NCBI GenBank assembly: GCA_024277725.1
Contig: JAJRUP010000054.1
Location: 1 to 52,791 of the forward strand
From: a bacterium
Lineage (GTDB): Bacteria > CG2-30-53-67
DNA length: 52,791 nt
Direction: 5' to 3'
Of the stretch, positions 28,722-37,239 are shown piece by piece; the stretch's first letter is position 1; each line of letters starts with the position of its first letter. The notes below the pieces were generated by a model that worked only from the letters and a program-made list of their open reading frames with translations, was not told the origin of the DNA and did not search any database. A program made the translations under genes and the position numbers.

Positions 28722-30389
28722 TCAGGGAAGAACCTGTGGAGCGGAAAGCCGCTGCAACCGCTTCGGCACCCACCAATCTTCAAAATTGTACCAAATTCCG
28801 GCCTTTTCCTGCCGGATACCGTGGAATTTGGCATTCACGATCGGCAGGGCGTCAGGGACATAGAGAAAGCAGTAAGGCTGGTCTTCGGCAAGGATGGCAT
28901 GGATCTTCCGGTAGATCTCCTGCCGTTTTTCCCGGTCGAAGGTCTTCCGGCCAAGGACCAAAAGTCGGTCGACCTCGGGGTTGCTGTAAGAGACAAAATT
29001 GTACTCGTTGGGGCCGGTCTGGGAGGAATGCCACATGATATAGTTGTCCGGATCGATCCCGATCGACCAGCCGAGGATGATCGTCTCAAACTTCCGCTTG
29101 TCCACAAACTGGTTGATGAAGGCCTGCCATTCGACGATCTTGATCTTCACAGCGATCCCGACCTCCTTGAGGTTCTGCTGGATGATCTCCGCCGCCCGTT
29201 TCCGCTCATCGTTCCCCTGGTTGGTGATGATAGTAAATTGAAAGGGCACCCCTTCACGATCGAGGATCCCGTCGTTGTCGCTGTCGACCCAACCGGCGTC
29301 AGCCAGCATGGATTCGGCTTTTACCGGATCATAAGGGTATTCGCGGACTTCCGGATTGTAGGCCCAGTAATGGGGAGGATAGGGGCCCGTCGCCGCGGAA
29401 CCGAGGCCGAGGCGAACCCCTTTAATGATATCCTCCTTGTTGATGGCATAGGCCAGTGCCTGACGCACGGTCTTGTCGGAAAATTTCGGATCTTTGAGGT
29501 TATAACCAAGATAGGTATATCCGTTTGCGGGATAACGGAACTTCCGGAAATTTTCCCGGAAGAAGGGGGTCTCCGTCTGGCGCTGGTACTGCAGGGGGGT
29601 CAGTCCCATGGAATCAACCCCCCTGGATTTCAATTCGAGGAAGATCGTAGCCGGATCGGGGATAATCCGGTAGATGTATTCATCGATATTCGGTCGCCCT
29701 TTGAAGTAATCGTCATTGGCAACGAGAACGATCTTCTGACCCGTGAGCCACTCCTTGAATTTGAAGGGACCGGTCCCCACGGGATGACGGTTGAAAGGGT
29801 CGGCATTGAGATCCTTACCCTCGAGGAGGTGTTTCGGGAGGATCCCCATGCCCCAACTCTCCAGGGCCGGAGCGAAGGGTTCCTTGTAGGTGACCCGGAA
29901 AGTCAACGGATCCAGGACCTCGGCCTTGGCCACCCGTTCATAATCGGCGCCGTAAGGAGTGGCAACGTTGGGGTCAATCAGTTTCCGGTAGGTAAAAAGG
30001 ACATCCTCGGCCGTAAAGGGAACCCCGTCATGCCAGTGCACATTCGGCCGAAGATGGAAGGTGATGATCCGGCCGTCGTCGGAGACATCCCACGATTCGG
30101 CCAGGTCTCCCTCAAAGAGGAGATCCTTGTCGTATTTGATCAGACCGTTGAAAACCTGGCTGTTGATATCGCCGGAGGCGCTGTCGTTGGCAACAACCGG
30201 GTTGAGCCGTTTGGCATCGCCGATTGACGCCACGACGATCGTCCCCCCCGTCACCGGCCTTGCATCCTCCCCTTCTGCATCGGTGTTCACCGGTCCGCCG
30301 CCCTGCGAGGTGCAACCGAAGAGGGTCAGTAAAAGAAAGAGACAACCGGTGAGAAACCTTACGCAGCCGACGTTTCTTCTCCAAAACAA
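28722..30389 (-). CDS. ABC transporter substrate-binding lipoprotein, family 5 (peptide/nickel, OppA/DppA-like)
   Basis: The body is typical SBP_bac_5 (GGTIVVASIGDAKRLNPV..., FKFKEW..GQKIVLVANDDYF). I propose a TTG start at 30389, which gives MFWRRNVGCVRFLTGCLFLLLTLFGC with a lipobox LFGC and AAAGGA 8 nt upstream. The longer track ORF would overlap secG. Confidence 0.8.
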   Translation of the reverse strand: MFWRRNVGCVRFLTGCLFLLLTLFGCTSQGGGPVNTDAEGEDARPVTGGTIVVASIGDAKRLNPVVANDSASGDINSQVFNGLIKYDKDLLFEGDLAESWDVSDDGRIITFHLRPNVHWHDGVPFTAEDVLFTYRKLIDPNVATPYGADYERVAKAEVLDPLTFRVTYKEPFAPALESWGMGILPKHLLEGKDLNADPFNRHPVGTGPFKFKEWLTGQKIVLVANDDYFKGRPNIDEYIYRIIPDPATIFLELKSRGVDSMGLTPLQYQRQTETPFFRENFRKFRYPANGYTYLGYNLKDPKFSDKTVRQALAYAINKEDIIKGVRLGLGSAATGPYPPHYWAYNPEVREYPYDPVKAESMLADAGWVDSDNDGILDREGVPFQFTIITNQGNDERKRAAEIIQQNLKEVGIAVKIKIVEWQAFINQFVDKRKFETIILGWSIGIDPDNYIMWHSSQTGPNEYNFVSYSNPEVDRLLVLGRKTFDREKRQEIYRKIHAILAEDQPYCFLYVPDALPIVNAKFHGIRQEKAGIWYNFEDWWVPKRLQRLSAPQVLP

Positions 30390-30459
30390 GAGGCCTGTCC
30401 TTTCCGACGCCACAGGGAGACGTCCTGCAGTTTCCCCGTTAAGGGAGTACTGCAATGGG

Positions 30460-30855
30460 TTACTCCTGGACCGGTGCGGATTCGGCAGGCGCGGCCGGAG
30501 TTTCGACCGGTGCTCCACCCTCCTGTGCCGGCGGGAGAGACTGATCCAGTCCGCCGGGCAGGACAGGGAGTTCAGCGGCCTTCTTCTCCGTGCTGATGGG
30601 GATCTTGTCGACAACGGATGGAACGGACTTTCCGCTGGAAAAATAGGCGAGACTCAGGGACGTCACCATAAAGATGGCGGCCGCCCAGGTCGTCACCTTC
30701 CCCAGAAAATCGGTGGGACCGGCACTTCCGAAGACCGTCTGACTCGCCCCCCCGAAGGCGGCACCCATCTCCGCTCCCTTGCCTCCCTGGAGCAGAACGA
30801 TCAGGATCAGTATGATACAGACAACCACGTGTACAACCACAAGCAATGGGACCAT
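30460..30855 (-). CDS. secG: Preprotein translocase subunit SecG with a Pro/Ala-rich C-terminal tail
   Basis: The sequence MVPLLVVVHVVVCIILILIVLLQGGKGAEMGAAFGGASQTVFGSAGPTDFLGKVTTWAAAIFMVTSLSLAYF matches the SecG pattern (LLQ.GKG...FGG...FG..G...L.K.T). Confidence 0.85.
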   Translation of the reverse strand: MVPLLVVVHVVVCIILILIVLLQGGKGAEMGAAFGGASQTVFGSAGPTDFLGKVTTWAAAIFMVTSLSLAYFSSGKSVPSVVDKIPISTEKKAAELPVLPGGLDQSLPPAQEGGAPVETPAAPAESAPVQE

Positions 30856-31035
30856 GAATGCAACTCCTTTCAAGCAGAAATGACCGTAGATTATTATCAC
30901 AAAAGGGGGGAAGGATACAAGAGGGATTTTCCAAAACCCGACCGGTCATCACCCGATCCGGATGCGATCGCTTTACCCTTCTCTGCAGAGCCGTTGCATC
31001 TAAAGATGAAGCACCGAACGATTCTCGACAGCCCC

Positions 31036-31494
31036 TTAGCGGTTGGCCGTCACCGCCAGAACCAGGAACCCATGCCGGTAAGGCGGCCCACCGAGCATGA
31101 CCGTCCCGTGATCCCTGATCCGCAACCGTGTCGTCAGGAGTGATGCGTCGCCTTCATTGATCTTGACATGGAGGATAACCTTACCCTTTTCGAAACGTTC
31201 AGGCGTCACTTCCATCACCCGGCCTCCGGGAACCTCCAACCGGCCGGTCTTTCCCCGTTCCATGGCGAGCCCCTTGTTGCCGAGCAGTTGAAAGGAGATG
31301 TAATTTAAGGCCAGCAGGTCCTTTTTCAAGGCAAGAAGCCGTGGATCGAATCCTTCATCCGAATTGGAGGCGAGGATCACCTGTACCTCAATATGGAACA
31401 TCTCCCCATGGGCCGGAGGCACCGCGGCACCCCACAACAGCATCAGCCCGACTCCCCAGAATATCCATCCGTGCAGTTTCACCTTTCGGCTCAT
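31036..31494 (-). CDS. Secreted protein of unknown function, last gene of the ECF sigma module
   Basis: The signal peptide is MSRKVKLHGWIFWGVGLMLLWGAAVPPAHG. The mature part looks beta-rich and has no motif I recognise. Confidence 0.55.
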   Translation of the reverse strand: MSRKVKLHGWIFWGVGLMLLWGAAVPPAHGEMFHIEVQVILASNSDEGFDPRLLALKKDLLALNYISFQLLGNKGLAMERGKTGRLEVPGGRVMEVTPERFEKGKVILHVKINEGDASLLTTRLRIRDHGTVMLGGPPYRHGFLVLAVTANR

Positions 31495-31578
31495 TTCCCC
31501 GGCACCTCCCCAACAGATGTACGGATTGATTGGGAGAATAACGAACCCCTTCCGGCAAGAGTCCCCCCACCCTTTGCC

Positions 31579-32103
31579 TCATGTATCCGGATTGCCGACA
31601 ACCCAGATCACCGTCATCGCGGAACCATGGGTTTTGAAAAGAAGGACCGTCCGTCCCCCGCTCTCGAGATCATCGACAATACAGTCATTTACCGATCCCG
31701 TTTTTATCACAGATGGTGCCGGTTTGTAAATTGTAAAGAACACCGCCGCCACCAGCATCGCGGTCACCGCCATCGGAAGGGTAATGCGTCGAAACCGGAA
31801 GAAGGACATCAGGGGCCCCTCCCGGCCTGTTCGCTTGCGATTTTTCGTCTCCCTTTCCGGGATTCGCTTCATGATTCTTTGGTGGAGGGAGGAGAGCGCC
31901 TCATCCTCCGCCGTCACGGCAGCGGCAAAACCGTCCTGCAGCAAGCTCCGAAGCGCTTTGATCCGGTCCACCTCCGCCCGACACGCCGGGCAGGCTTCAA
32001 CATGTCTTGCAATCCGTCTCGATTTGTGATCCGGAAGCTCCCCGTCAAACCAGGCACCGAGAATGGGATGGATGCTTTTGCACTTATCCTTCATGGATCT
32101 CAC
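31579..32103 (-). CDS. Anti-sigma factor (zf-HC2 type, single-pass membrane protein)
   Basis: The N-terminal zinc-binding anti-sigma motif is HVEACPACRAEV (H-x3-C-x2-C). It has one TM helix (MAVTAMLVAAVFFTIY) and a short periplasmic tail. It overlaps the sigma gene stop. Confidence 0.8.
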   Translation of the reverse strand: MRSMKDKCKSIHPILGAWFDGELPDHKSRRIARHVEACPACRAEVDRIKALRSLLQDGFAAAVTAEDEALSSLHQRIMKRIPERETKNRKRTGREGPLMSFFRFRRITLPMAVTAMLVAAVFFTIYKPAPSVIKTGSVNDCIVDDLESGGRTVLLFKTHGSAMTVIWVVGNPDT

Positions 32104-32695
32104 CTTCCTTCAGGTAGGGCTTCAGGATCTCCTGAAGCCTTTGTCGTGCATAATGGAGGCGCGACATCACCGTCCCCCTGCGGATCCCGAGGGAGGCCGA
32201 GATCTCATCATAAGAAAGCCCTTCGACCTCCCGCAGGACAATCACCGCCCGCTGCTGTTCCGGCAACGATTGAATGGCATTGTTGATCACCCGTCCCAGC
32301 TCTTTCCTGTCCAGTTCCCGGCCCGGTTGAAAATAGGAGGAAGGAGAGGTACGGATACTCTCTTCATCGGAAGGGACATAGGTATCATCATATTCCACGT
32401 GTCGTTTCCGCCCCTCCTTCCGGTAGTGATCAATCACCCGGTTGTAGGCGATCCGGTACAACCAGGTATAGAAATCACTCCCTCCCCGGAATCCCTGCAG
32501 TGAGCGATAGGCCTTTAAAAAGGCTTCCTGCGTCATGTCAAGGGCATCTTCCCGGTTCCCCAGCATCCCGTAGGTCAGGTTGTAGATCCTTTTCCGGTAT
32601 TTCTCCACAAGCCGGGAGAAGGCCTCTTTGTCCCCCTTCCGGGACCGGCGCACCCACTCCTGTTCTTCCGACACCGGAACTCTCTTTCTTTTCAT
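32084..32695 (-). CDS. ECF (sigma-70 group 4) RNA polymerase sigma factor
   Basis: Region 2 is AFSRLVEKYRKRIYNLTYGMLGNREDALDMTQEAFLKAY...FYTWLYRIAYNRVIDHYR. Region 4 is LPEQQRAVIVLREVEGLSYDEISASLGIRRGTVMSRLHYARQRL. I placed the start at MKRKRVP (ATG at 32695), because the longer ORF reads through repeat copy B. Confidence 0.85.
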   Translation of the reverse strand: MKRKRVPVSEEQEWVRRSRKGDKEAFSRLVEKYRKRIYNLTYGMLGNREDALDMTQEAFLKAYRSLQGFRGGSDFYTWLYRIAYNRVIDHYRKEGRKRHVEYDDTYVPSDEESIRTSPSSYFQPGRELDRKELGRVINNAIQSLPEQQRAVIVLREVEGLSYDEISASLGIRRGTVMSRLHYARQRLQEILKPYLKEGEIHEG

Positions 32696-32740
32696 TAGAC
32701 GATCCGACCTTTGGAATATTCTATCCCGGATTATCGGCAG

Positions 32741-32844
32741 GACAGGACCACGAAGGGGGCCGTTCGTGAATGCTGTGACGCATCGGGAGGGCTTGCCTGT
32801 ACGTGTCTGCACGCAGACAGGCCACCGTATTTACGAATAGGCCC
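32741..32844. repeat. Intergenic palindromic element, copy B (inverted relative to copy C)
   Basis: The left arm is GGCCGTTCGTGAATGC and the right arm is GTATTTACGAATAGGCCC. The interior TGTGACGCATCGGGAGGGC...GCAGACAGG aligns to the reverse complement of copy C. Confidence 0.75.
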
Positions 32845-32858
32845 ATTCAGCAAGACCC

Positions 32859-33620
32859 TCAGGAGGGCGTGCCGGCAAGTACGATTTCGGCAAAGGATTC
32901 TGCCGTCAGGCTGGCGCCCCCCACCAGGGCCCCGTCAATATCGGAACACCCCATCAGTTCCCGGGCATTGGCCGGTTTGACGCTTCCCCCGTAGAGGATC
33001 CGGGTCCGCGCCGCCACCTCCGTGTCATAGATTTCGGAAAGAAGATTCCGGATATGGGAATGAACCTCGTTGGCCTGCTCCGGCGTCGCCGTTTTTCCGG
33101 TCCCGATGGCCCAGATCGGTTCATAGGCAATGACGATACGCGCCATCTCCTGATCGGCGACCCCCGCCAGACCTTTCCGGAGTTGATCTCCGACGACATC
33201 CATGGTCTTTCCTTCCTCCCGTTCGGAGAGGGATTCCCCGACACAGAGGATCGGCGAGAGCCCGACATCGAGGGCGGAGCGCACCTTCCGGTTGACCGTC
33301 TCGTTGGACTCGCCGAAAATCCGTCGTCTCTCGGAATGCCCCAGAATCACGTAACGGCACCCCGTGTCCCGGACCATCTCCGGAGAGACCTCTCCCGTAT
33401 AGGCTCCTTCCGTTTCATGATAGAGATTCTGGGCCGACAGGCGAATCCCGCTCCCTTTCAGGGCATGGTGAACCGCCGTCATGGCCGTAAAGGGAGGAGC
33501 GACAACGACCTCAACCGCCCCGGTGTCACCGACCCTCTCTTTCAGCCCCTCCACCAGTGCAACGGCTTCGGAAACGTTTTTATACATCTTCCAGTTACCG
33601 GCAATCATTATTTTGCGCAT
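32859..33620 (-). CDS. tpiA: Triosephosphate isomerase
   Basis: The motifs are MIAGNWKMYKN, VILGHSERR and AYEPIWAIGTGKTATPEQA. Confidence 0.95.
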   Translation of the reverse strand: MRKIMIAGNWKMYKNVSEAVALVEGLKERVGDTGAVEVVVAPPFTAMTAVHHALKGSGIRLSAQNLYHETEGAYTGEVSPEMVRDTGCRYVILGHSERRRIFGESNETVNRKVRSALDVGLSPILCVGESLSEREEGKTMDVVGDQLRKGLAGVADQEMARIVIAYEPIWAIGTGKTATPEQANEVHSHIRNLLSEIYDTEVAARTRILYGGSVKPANARELMGCSDIDGALVGGASLTAESFAEIVLAGTPS

Positions 33621-33663
33621 CCCTTTTCCTCCTCACAGATTCACCAACAGGCATCACGTCGTC

Positions 33664-34860
33664 TCAGTCGTCTCGATCCGTCAGCCCTTCGATTCCCGGC
33701 AGGTTTTTCCCTTCCAGGAGTTTCAGAGAGGCCCCACCGCCGGTGGAGATAAAAGTCATGTTATCCGCCTCTCCGGCACGATTCACGGCATCGGCCGTAT
33801 CGCCGCCGCCGATGATCGTTGTTGCAAAACAGTCCGCAACAGTCCGGGCGATATAGGTCGTCCCTCGGCTGAAAGGATCAAGTTCATACATCCCCATGGG
33901 GCCGTTCCAGACCACGGTCTTGACCCCCTGCAAGGCGAGGGAGAAATAACGGCAGGTGGCCGGACCGATATCGAGACCGTACCAGTCGGAAGGGATCTCC
34001 TGGACCGTGACGATCTTTGTGTTGGCCTTGGGATCGATCCGGTCGGCGATGACCACATCGACGGGAAGATAAAACATGACCTTTTGCCCACGGGCCTTCT
34101 CCTGCATCTCCCGGGCAAACTCGATCATCTCCTCTTCGACAATGGAGTTTCCCACCTCCAGCCCCACCGCCTTCAGAAAGGTGAACATCATCCCGCCGCC
34201 GACGAAGATCTTATCGACCCGGTCGATAAGGTTCTTGATCACCCCGAGCTTTCCCGAAACCTTGGAGCCGCCCAGGATCGCGGCAAAGGGACGTACCGGA
34301 TCGGAGATCACCTTCTCAAAATAGTCGATCTCCCGCTTCATGAGAAAACCGGCTACCGCCACAGGAACGAAACGGGTAATGCCGAAGGTCGAGGCATGGA
34401 CCCGATGGGCCGTCCCGAAGGCATTGTTCACATAGAGATCGATCCCTTCGGCCAGGGCCCGTGAAAACCCTTCATCATTCGCCTCCTCTTCGGGATGGAA
34501 ACGGAGATTTTCCAGGAGGAGGACATCGCCGGGTTGCAGGGCATCAATCATCGAGCGTGTTTCCGCACCCACGCAATCCGGCGCAAAACCGACCTTCTTG
34601 TTCAGAAGCCGCCCCAGACGCCGGGCCACCGGTGCAAGGGAAAATTTCTCCTGCACTTTTCCCTTGGGCCGTCCCAGGTGGGAAGCCAGGACCACCTTCG
34701 CACCGTGATCGATACAATAGTTGATGGAGGAAAGAGTCGACCGGATGCGACGGTCATCGGCGATATTCCCGTCCTCATCCATGGGCACATTAAAATCAAC
34801 CCGCATAAAGACCCGTTTCCCCCCCATTTGTACATCTTCAATCGTCTTCTTGTTCACCAT
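33664..34860 (-). CDS. pgk: Phosphoglycerate kinase
   Basis: The motifs are RVDFNVPMDE, VVLASHLGRPKG and GGGDTA...STGGGASLKLLEGK. Confidence 0.95.
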   Translation of the reverse strand: MVNKKTIEDVQMGGKRVFMRVDFNVPMDEDGNIADDRRIRSTLSSINYCIDHGAKVVLASHLGRPKGKVQEKFSLAPVARRLGRLLNKKVGFAPDCVGAETRSMIDALQPGDVLLLENLRFHPEEEANDEGFSRALAEGIDLYVNNAFGTAHRVHASTFGITRFVPVAVAGFLMKREIDYFEKVISDPVRPFAAILGGSKVSGKLGVIKNLIDRVDKIFVGGGMMFTFLKAVGLEVGNSIVEEEMIEFAREMQEKARGQKVMFYLPVDVVIADRIDPKANTKIVTVQEIPSDWYGLDIGPATCRYFSLALQGVKTVVWNGPMGMYELDPFSRGTTYIARTVADCFATTIIGGGDTADAVNRAGEADNMTFISTGGGASLKLLEGKNLPGIEGLTDRDD

Positions 34861-34952
34861 TCACCTCTCGACAGGATGTCAGAAATTCATACCCTAAAAG
34901 CCGTATCGTAATCGACGGGAAGATCGATGTCAAGATACAATACCCTTCGAAA

Positions 34953-35819
34953 TTACCTTGTTACAACGGACCGGATCCTCCCGGCATGGGCAGGATATCT
35001 TTGCTCCATCGCCTCCAGGGCATCCCGGATCAGCTTGCAATTCGGATATTCCCGGAGGTATCGTCTTCCCAGTCGGATCCCTTCGACATCCCTCCCTTCC
35101 CGTTCCGACAGCATAACCAGGGCGATCTTGGCGGCAGGTACGGCATAATGTCCCTCTTGAAGGGCCTGCCGGATCTCCGCCAACCCCTCCTCCCGCTGGT
35201 CCCCGACGAAAGGAAGAAACCAAAGATAGCGGGTTTTCACACTTCGGTAATATTTATACATCCCCGTAGCAAAGGCAAGATCATGAATTTCCGGATCGAG
35301 TCGGGCTGCAACATGGATGTGTGAAAGGGCCCGCATACCATGCATAAAGGCCGCCAGATATCGCCTGTGCTCCAGTTCATAAAGTCCCCGCACTCCGAGG
35401 GAACCTCCAAGGAGAAAATGATCCCAGGCATTCAATCCTCCCCGACGTTCCACCTTTTTCAACAGGGCCCGATTCTTCGGAAATTCGGCGGCAAACTCTT
35501 TTTCCAGCAAATCCTTGGGAGCCCCCTTTTCCAGGGATTGCACCATGAGACTGAGAAGCCGTCCCATGCTCGGTAACAGGGAATCGGGATCGTGCTGCTC
35601 CATCCGGTCAAAGACCTCGCGTACCTCCCGGTACCGACGATCCATAACCATCGACTCCGCCATCAGGATGGTCCGATCCAGTTCCGGGGAGATATACGGG
35701 AAGGGAAAAGTCTCGGCATGAGAGACTCCTGCAAGGAACGGAACCAGGAGGAGCAAAACCAGGACAGACCACCCGGTGTACCTTCTGCAAACCCGATCTT
35801 TTCCGGCCGGCTTATCCAC
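34953..35819 (-). CDS. Secreted helical (TPR-like?) protein of unknown function; the start is uncertain
   Basis: A signal-peptide-like segment RRYTGWSVLVLLLLVPFLAGVSHA appears only about 45 aa into the track ORF. A GTG at 35819 would give MDKPAGKDRVCRRYTGW.... The ATG at 35921 would add an implausible leader that runs through the DnaA boxes. Confidence 0.5.
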   Translation of the reverse strand: MDKPAGKDRVCRRYTGWSVLVLLLLVPFLAGVSHAETFPFPYISPELDRTILMAESMVMDRRYREVREVFDRMEQHDPDSLLPSMGRLLSLMVQSLEKGAPKDLLEKEFAAEFPKNRALLKKVERRGGLNAWDHFLLGGSLGVRGLYELEHRRYLAAFMHGMRALSHIHVAARLDPEIHDLAFATGMYKYYRSVKTRYLWFLPFVGDQREEGLAEIRQALQEGHYAVPAAKIALVMLSEREGRDVEGIRLGRRYLREYPNCKLIRDALEAMEQRYPAHAGRIRSVVTR

Positions 35820-35920
35820 ATATTGTATACAAGATGTGGAAAAACACAATATATAGGAGGGTTTGGCAAAAAAAAGCCGAATGATATCGAGGGGTTGAGA
35901 GGAAGGAATGTTTATCCACA
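35812..35920. promoter_or_regulatory. Cluster of DnaA-box sequences
   Basis: Perfect TTATCCACA boxes lie at 35812-35820 and 35912-35920, exactly 100 bp apart. Each is extended as TTATCCACATnTTGTnT. A third box, TGTGGAAAA (TTTTCCACA on the minus strand, 8 of 9 matches), lies at 35835-35843. Confidence 0.55.
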
Positions 35921-35969
35921 TCTTGTGTCCGGTCTGTTACGAGAAGCCTATATATAGTATATCCAAGTA

Positions 35970-36455
35970 TCAATGTGCATCCAGATATACCACATCCCCG
36001 CTGATCCGGCCATCGACAATTTCAAGAAACCCCACCGAAAGGGGATAGCCGTGACGCGTCTTCCCCGCCGTCCCGGGATTAAAGAAGAGGATCCCGTCAA
36101 TCCATTCATTAAACGGATGATGGGTATGGCCGAAGACGACCACATCGGGACGAACCTGCTGCAACCGCTCCTTCAACGACTGGGGAGGGCGCTGGGGGTT
36201 TCCGACCCGGTGAGTCACCAGGATCCGTTTTTCCGACAGGCGCACCACGCGGAAGACGGGGAGGGTATCGGGCAGGGAAGTGGGATCCATATTCCCCCGA
36301 ACGGCCATGACGGGTGCGATTTTCTGCAACTGCATCAGCAACTGCGCCGACTCGATATCACCGGCATGAAGGATCAGATCAACTCCCTCAAAGAGATCGG
36401 GAATCGATCCATGGAGGTTGTTGTGGGTATCCGACAAAACACCGATTCTCATCAT
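35970..36455 (-). CDS. Metallophosphoesterase, YfcE/MJ0936 family
   Basis: The motifs are MMRIGVLSDTHNN, ILHAGDI, VRGNMD, GHTHHP. The SD GAGGTG lies 6 nt upstream of the ATG at 36455. Confidence 0.85.
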   Translation of the reverse strand: MMRIGVLSDTHNNLHGSIPDLFEGVDLILHAGDIESAQLLMQLQKIAPVMAVRGNMDPTSLPDTLPVFRVVRLSEKRILVTHRVGNPQRPPQSLKERLQQVRPDVVVFGHTHHPFNEWIDGILFFNPGTAGKTRHGYPLSVGFLEIVDGRISGDVVYLDAH

Positions 36456-36510
36456 GGCAGGCACCTCGTCTTTATGAAATCATCGTCCGTGTCCAAACAC
36501 CGCTCTCCCG

Positions 36511-36621
36511 CCGTATCTTCGTGGCCCTGTTCATAAATACACCGTCCTGCCTGTGCGGGGTGCGACGCGCAGGCCCTCCCGGTGCGTCACAGTATTTACG
36601 AACAGGACCACTGAAGATACG
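36511..36621. repeat. Intergenic palindromic element, copy C (best-preserved ends)
   Basis: The left end CGTATCTTCGTGGCCCTGTTCATAAATAC pairs with the reverse complement of the right end, CGTATCTTCAGTGGTCCTGTTCGTAAATAC. These are about 30 nt terminal inverted repeats with 3 differences. Confidence 0.8.
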
Positions 36622-36636
36622 CATCCCGTCAGATGA

Positions 36637-37053
36637 TCATATTCGGGAAGGTGTACCGGATTGCCGGAACAGCCGTCCGCGGGCCTCGGCGACAACCGTG
36701 CCGTATTGATTCTCGGCATGGGCTTCCGCCAGGAGCAGACGGCGGTCCTCCCGAAGGATCCGGCCGAAAATTAAGACCTCTTCCTCCGTCGAAAGGGGTG
36801 CGGGAAAGCGGACCGTAATCTCCCCGGTCACCGAGGGGAGTCCCAGTTCGAAGGCCAGTTTGACCATTGCCTCGTCCAGCAGCAGGGAGAGCACACCGCC
36901 GTGGACAATCCCCGCATACCCCTGATAGATTTCGGAAAAACGATAGTGTGCCTCGATCGTCTTCGCCGGGTGATCCACCTCAAAACAAACCTGCAACCCC
37001 TGAGGGTTCTCCTTCCCGCAGACAAAACAGTTCCCGTCGGAAATCAGTTTCAC
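36637..37053 (-). CDS. PaaI/hotdog-fold acyl-CoA thioesterase
   Basis: The motifs are DGNCFVCGKENPQGLQV...GIVHGGVLSLLLDEAM...TGEITVRF. I propose a GTG start at 37053, with GAGG 5 nt upstream. The track ORF start (37167) lies inside repeat copy D. Confidence 0.7.
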   Translation of the reverse strand: MKLISDGNCFVCGKENPQGLQVCFEVDHPAKTIEAHYRFSEIYQGYAGIVHGGVLSLLLDEAMVKLAFELGLPSVTGEITVRFPAPLSTEEEVLIFGRILREDRRLLLAEAHAENQYGTVVAEARGRLFRQSGTPSRI

Positions 37054-37135
37054 GGCAGCCTCGCTTCTTCTTGCAGATCCCGAAGGGGGACCCTGGATCA
37101 GAGACAGGCAGGACTGTCTCTTGCGTCTTCCGCCT

Positions 37136-37192
37136 CTAAGTGGCCCTATTCGTAAATACGGTGGCATTTGAGTGCCGCAGACAGGTCACTGA
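37136..37192. repeat. Intergenic palindromic element, short copy D
   Basis: The sequence GTGGCCCTATTCGTAAATACGGTGGCATTTGAGTGCCGCAGACAGGTCACTGAA has a left arm identical in type to the arms of copies B and C. Its interior matches the reverse complement of the right end of copy A. Confidence 0.7.
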
Positions 37193-37210
37193 AACCAGGG
37201 TGATCTTACC

Positions 37211-37239
37211 TTGACATGGACACATTTACGTACTATAAA
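37211..37239 (+). promoter_or_regulatory. Near-consensus sigma-70 promoter of the DEAD-box helicase gene
   Basis: The plus strand reads TTGACA (37211-37216), a 17 nt spacer, then TATAAA (37234-37239). A divergent candidate on the minus strand, TTGCAG-N17-TATAGT (37259-37231), overlaps it and would drive the thioesterase gene. Confidence 0.55.

Noticed and set aside
30390-30614. N-terminal extension of the ABC binding-protein ORF (track start 30614).
   Set aside because: The extension overlaps the 3-prime end of secG and is Arg/Ser-rich with no signal peptide. A TTG at 30389 with an SD gives a textbook lipoprotein signal.
35812-35969. The DnaA-box cluster as the chromosomal replication origin.
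   Set aside because: The region is only about 150 bp with three boxes. No dnaA, dnaN or gidA-type neighbours are present, and I could not define a clear 13-mer-type unwinding element. I keep it as a DnaA-box cluster of unknown role.
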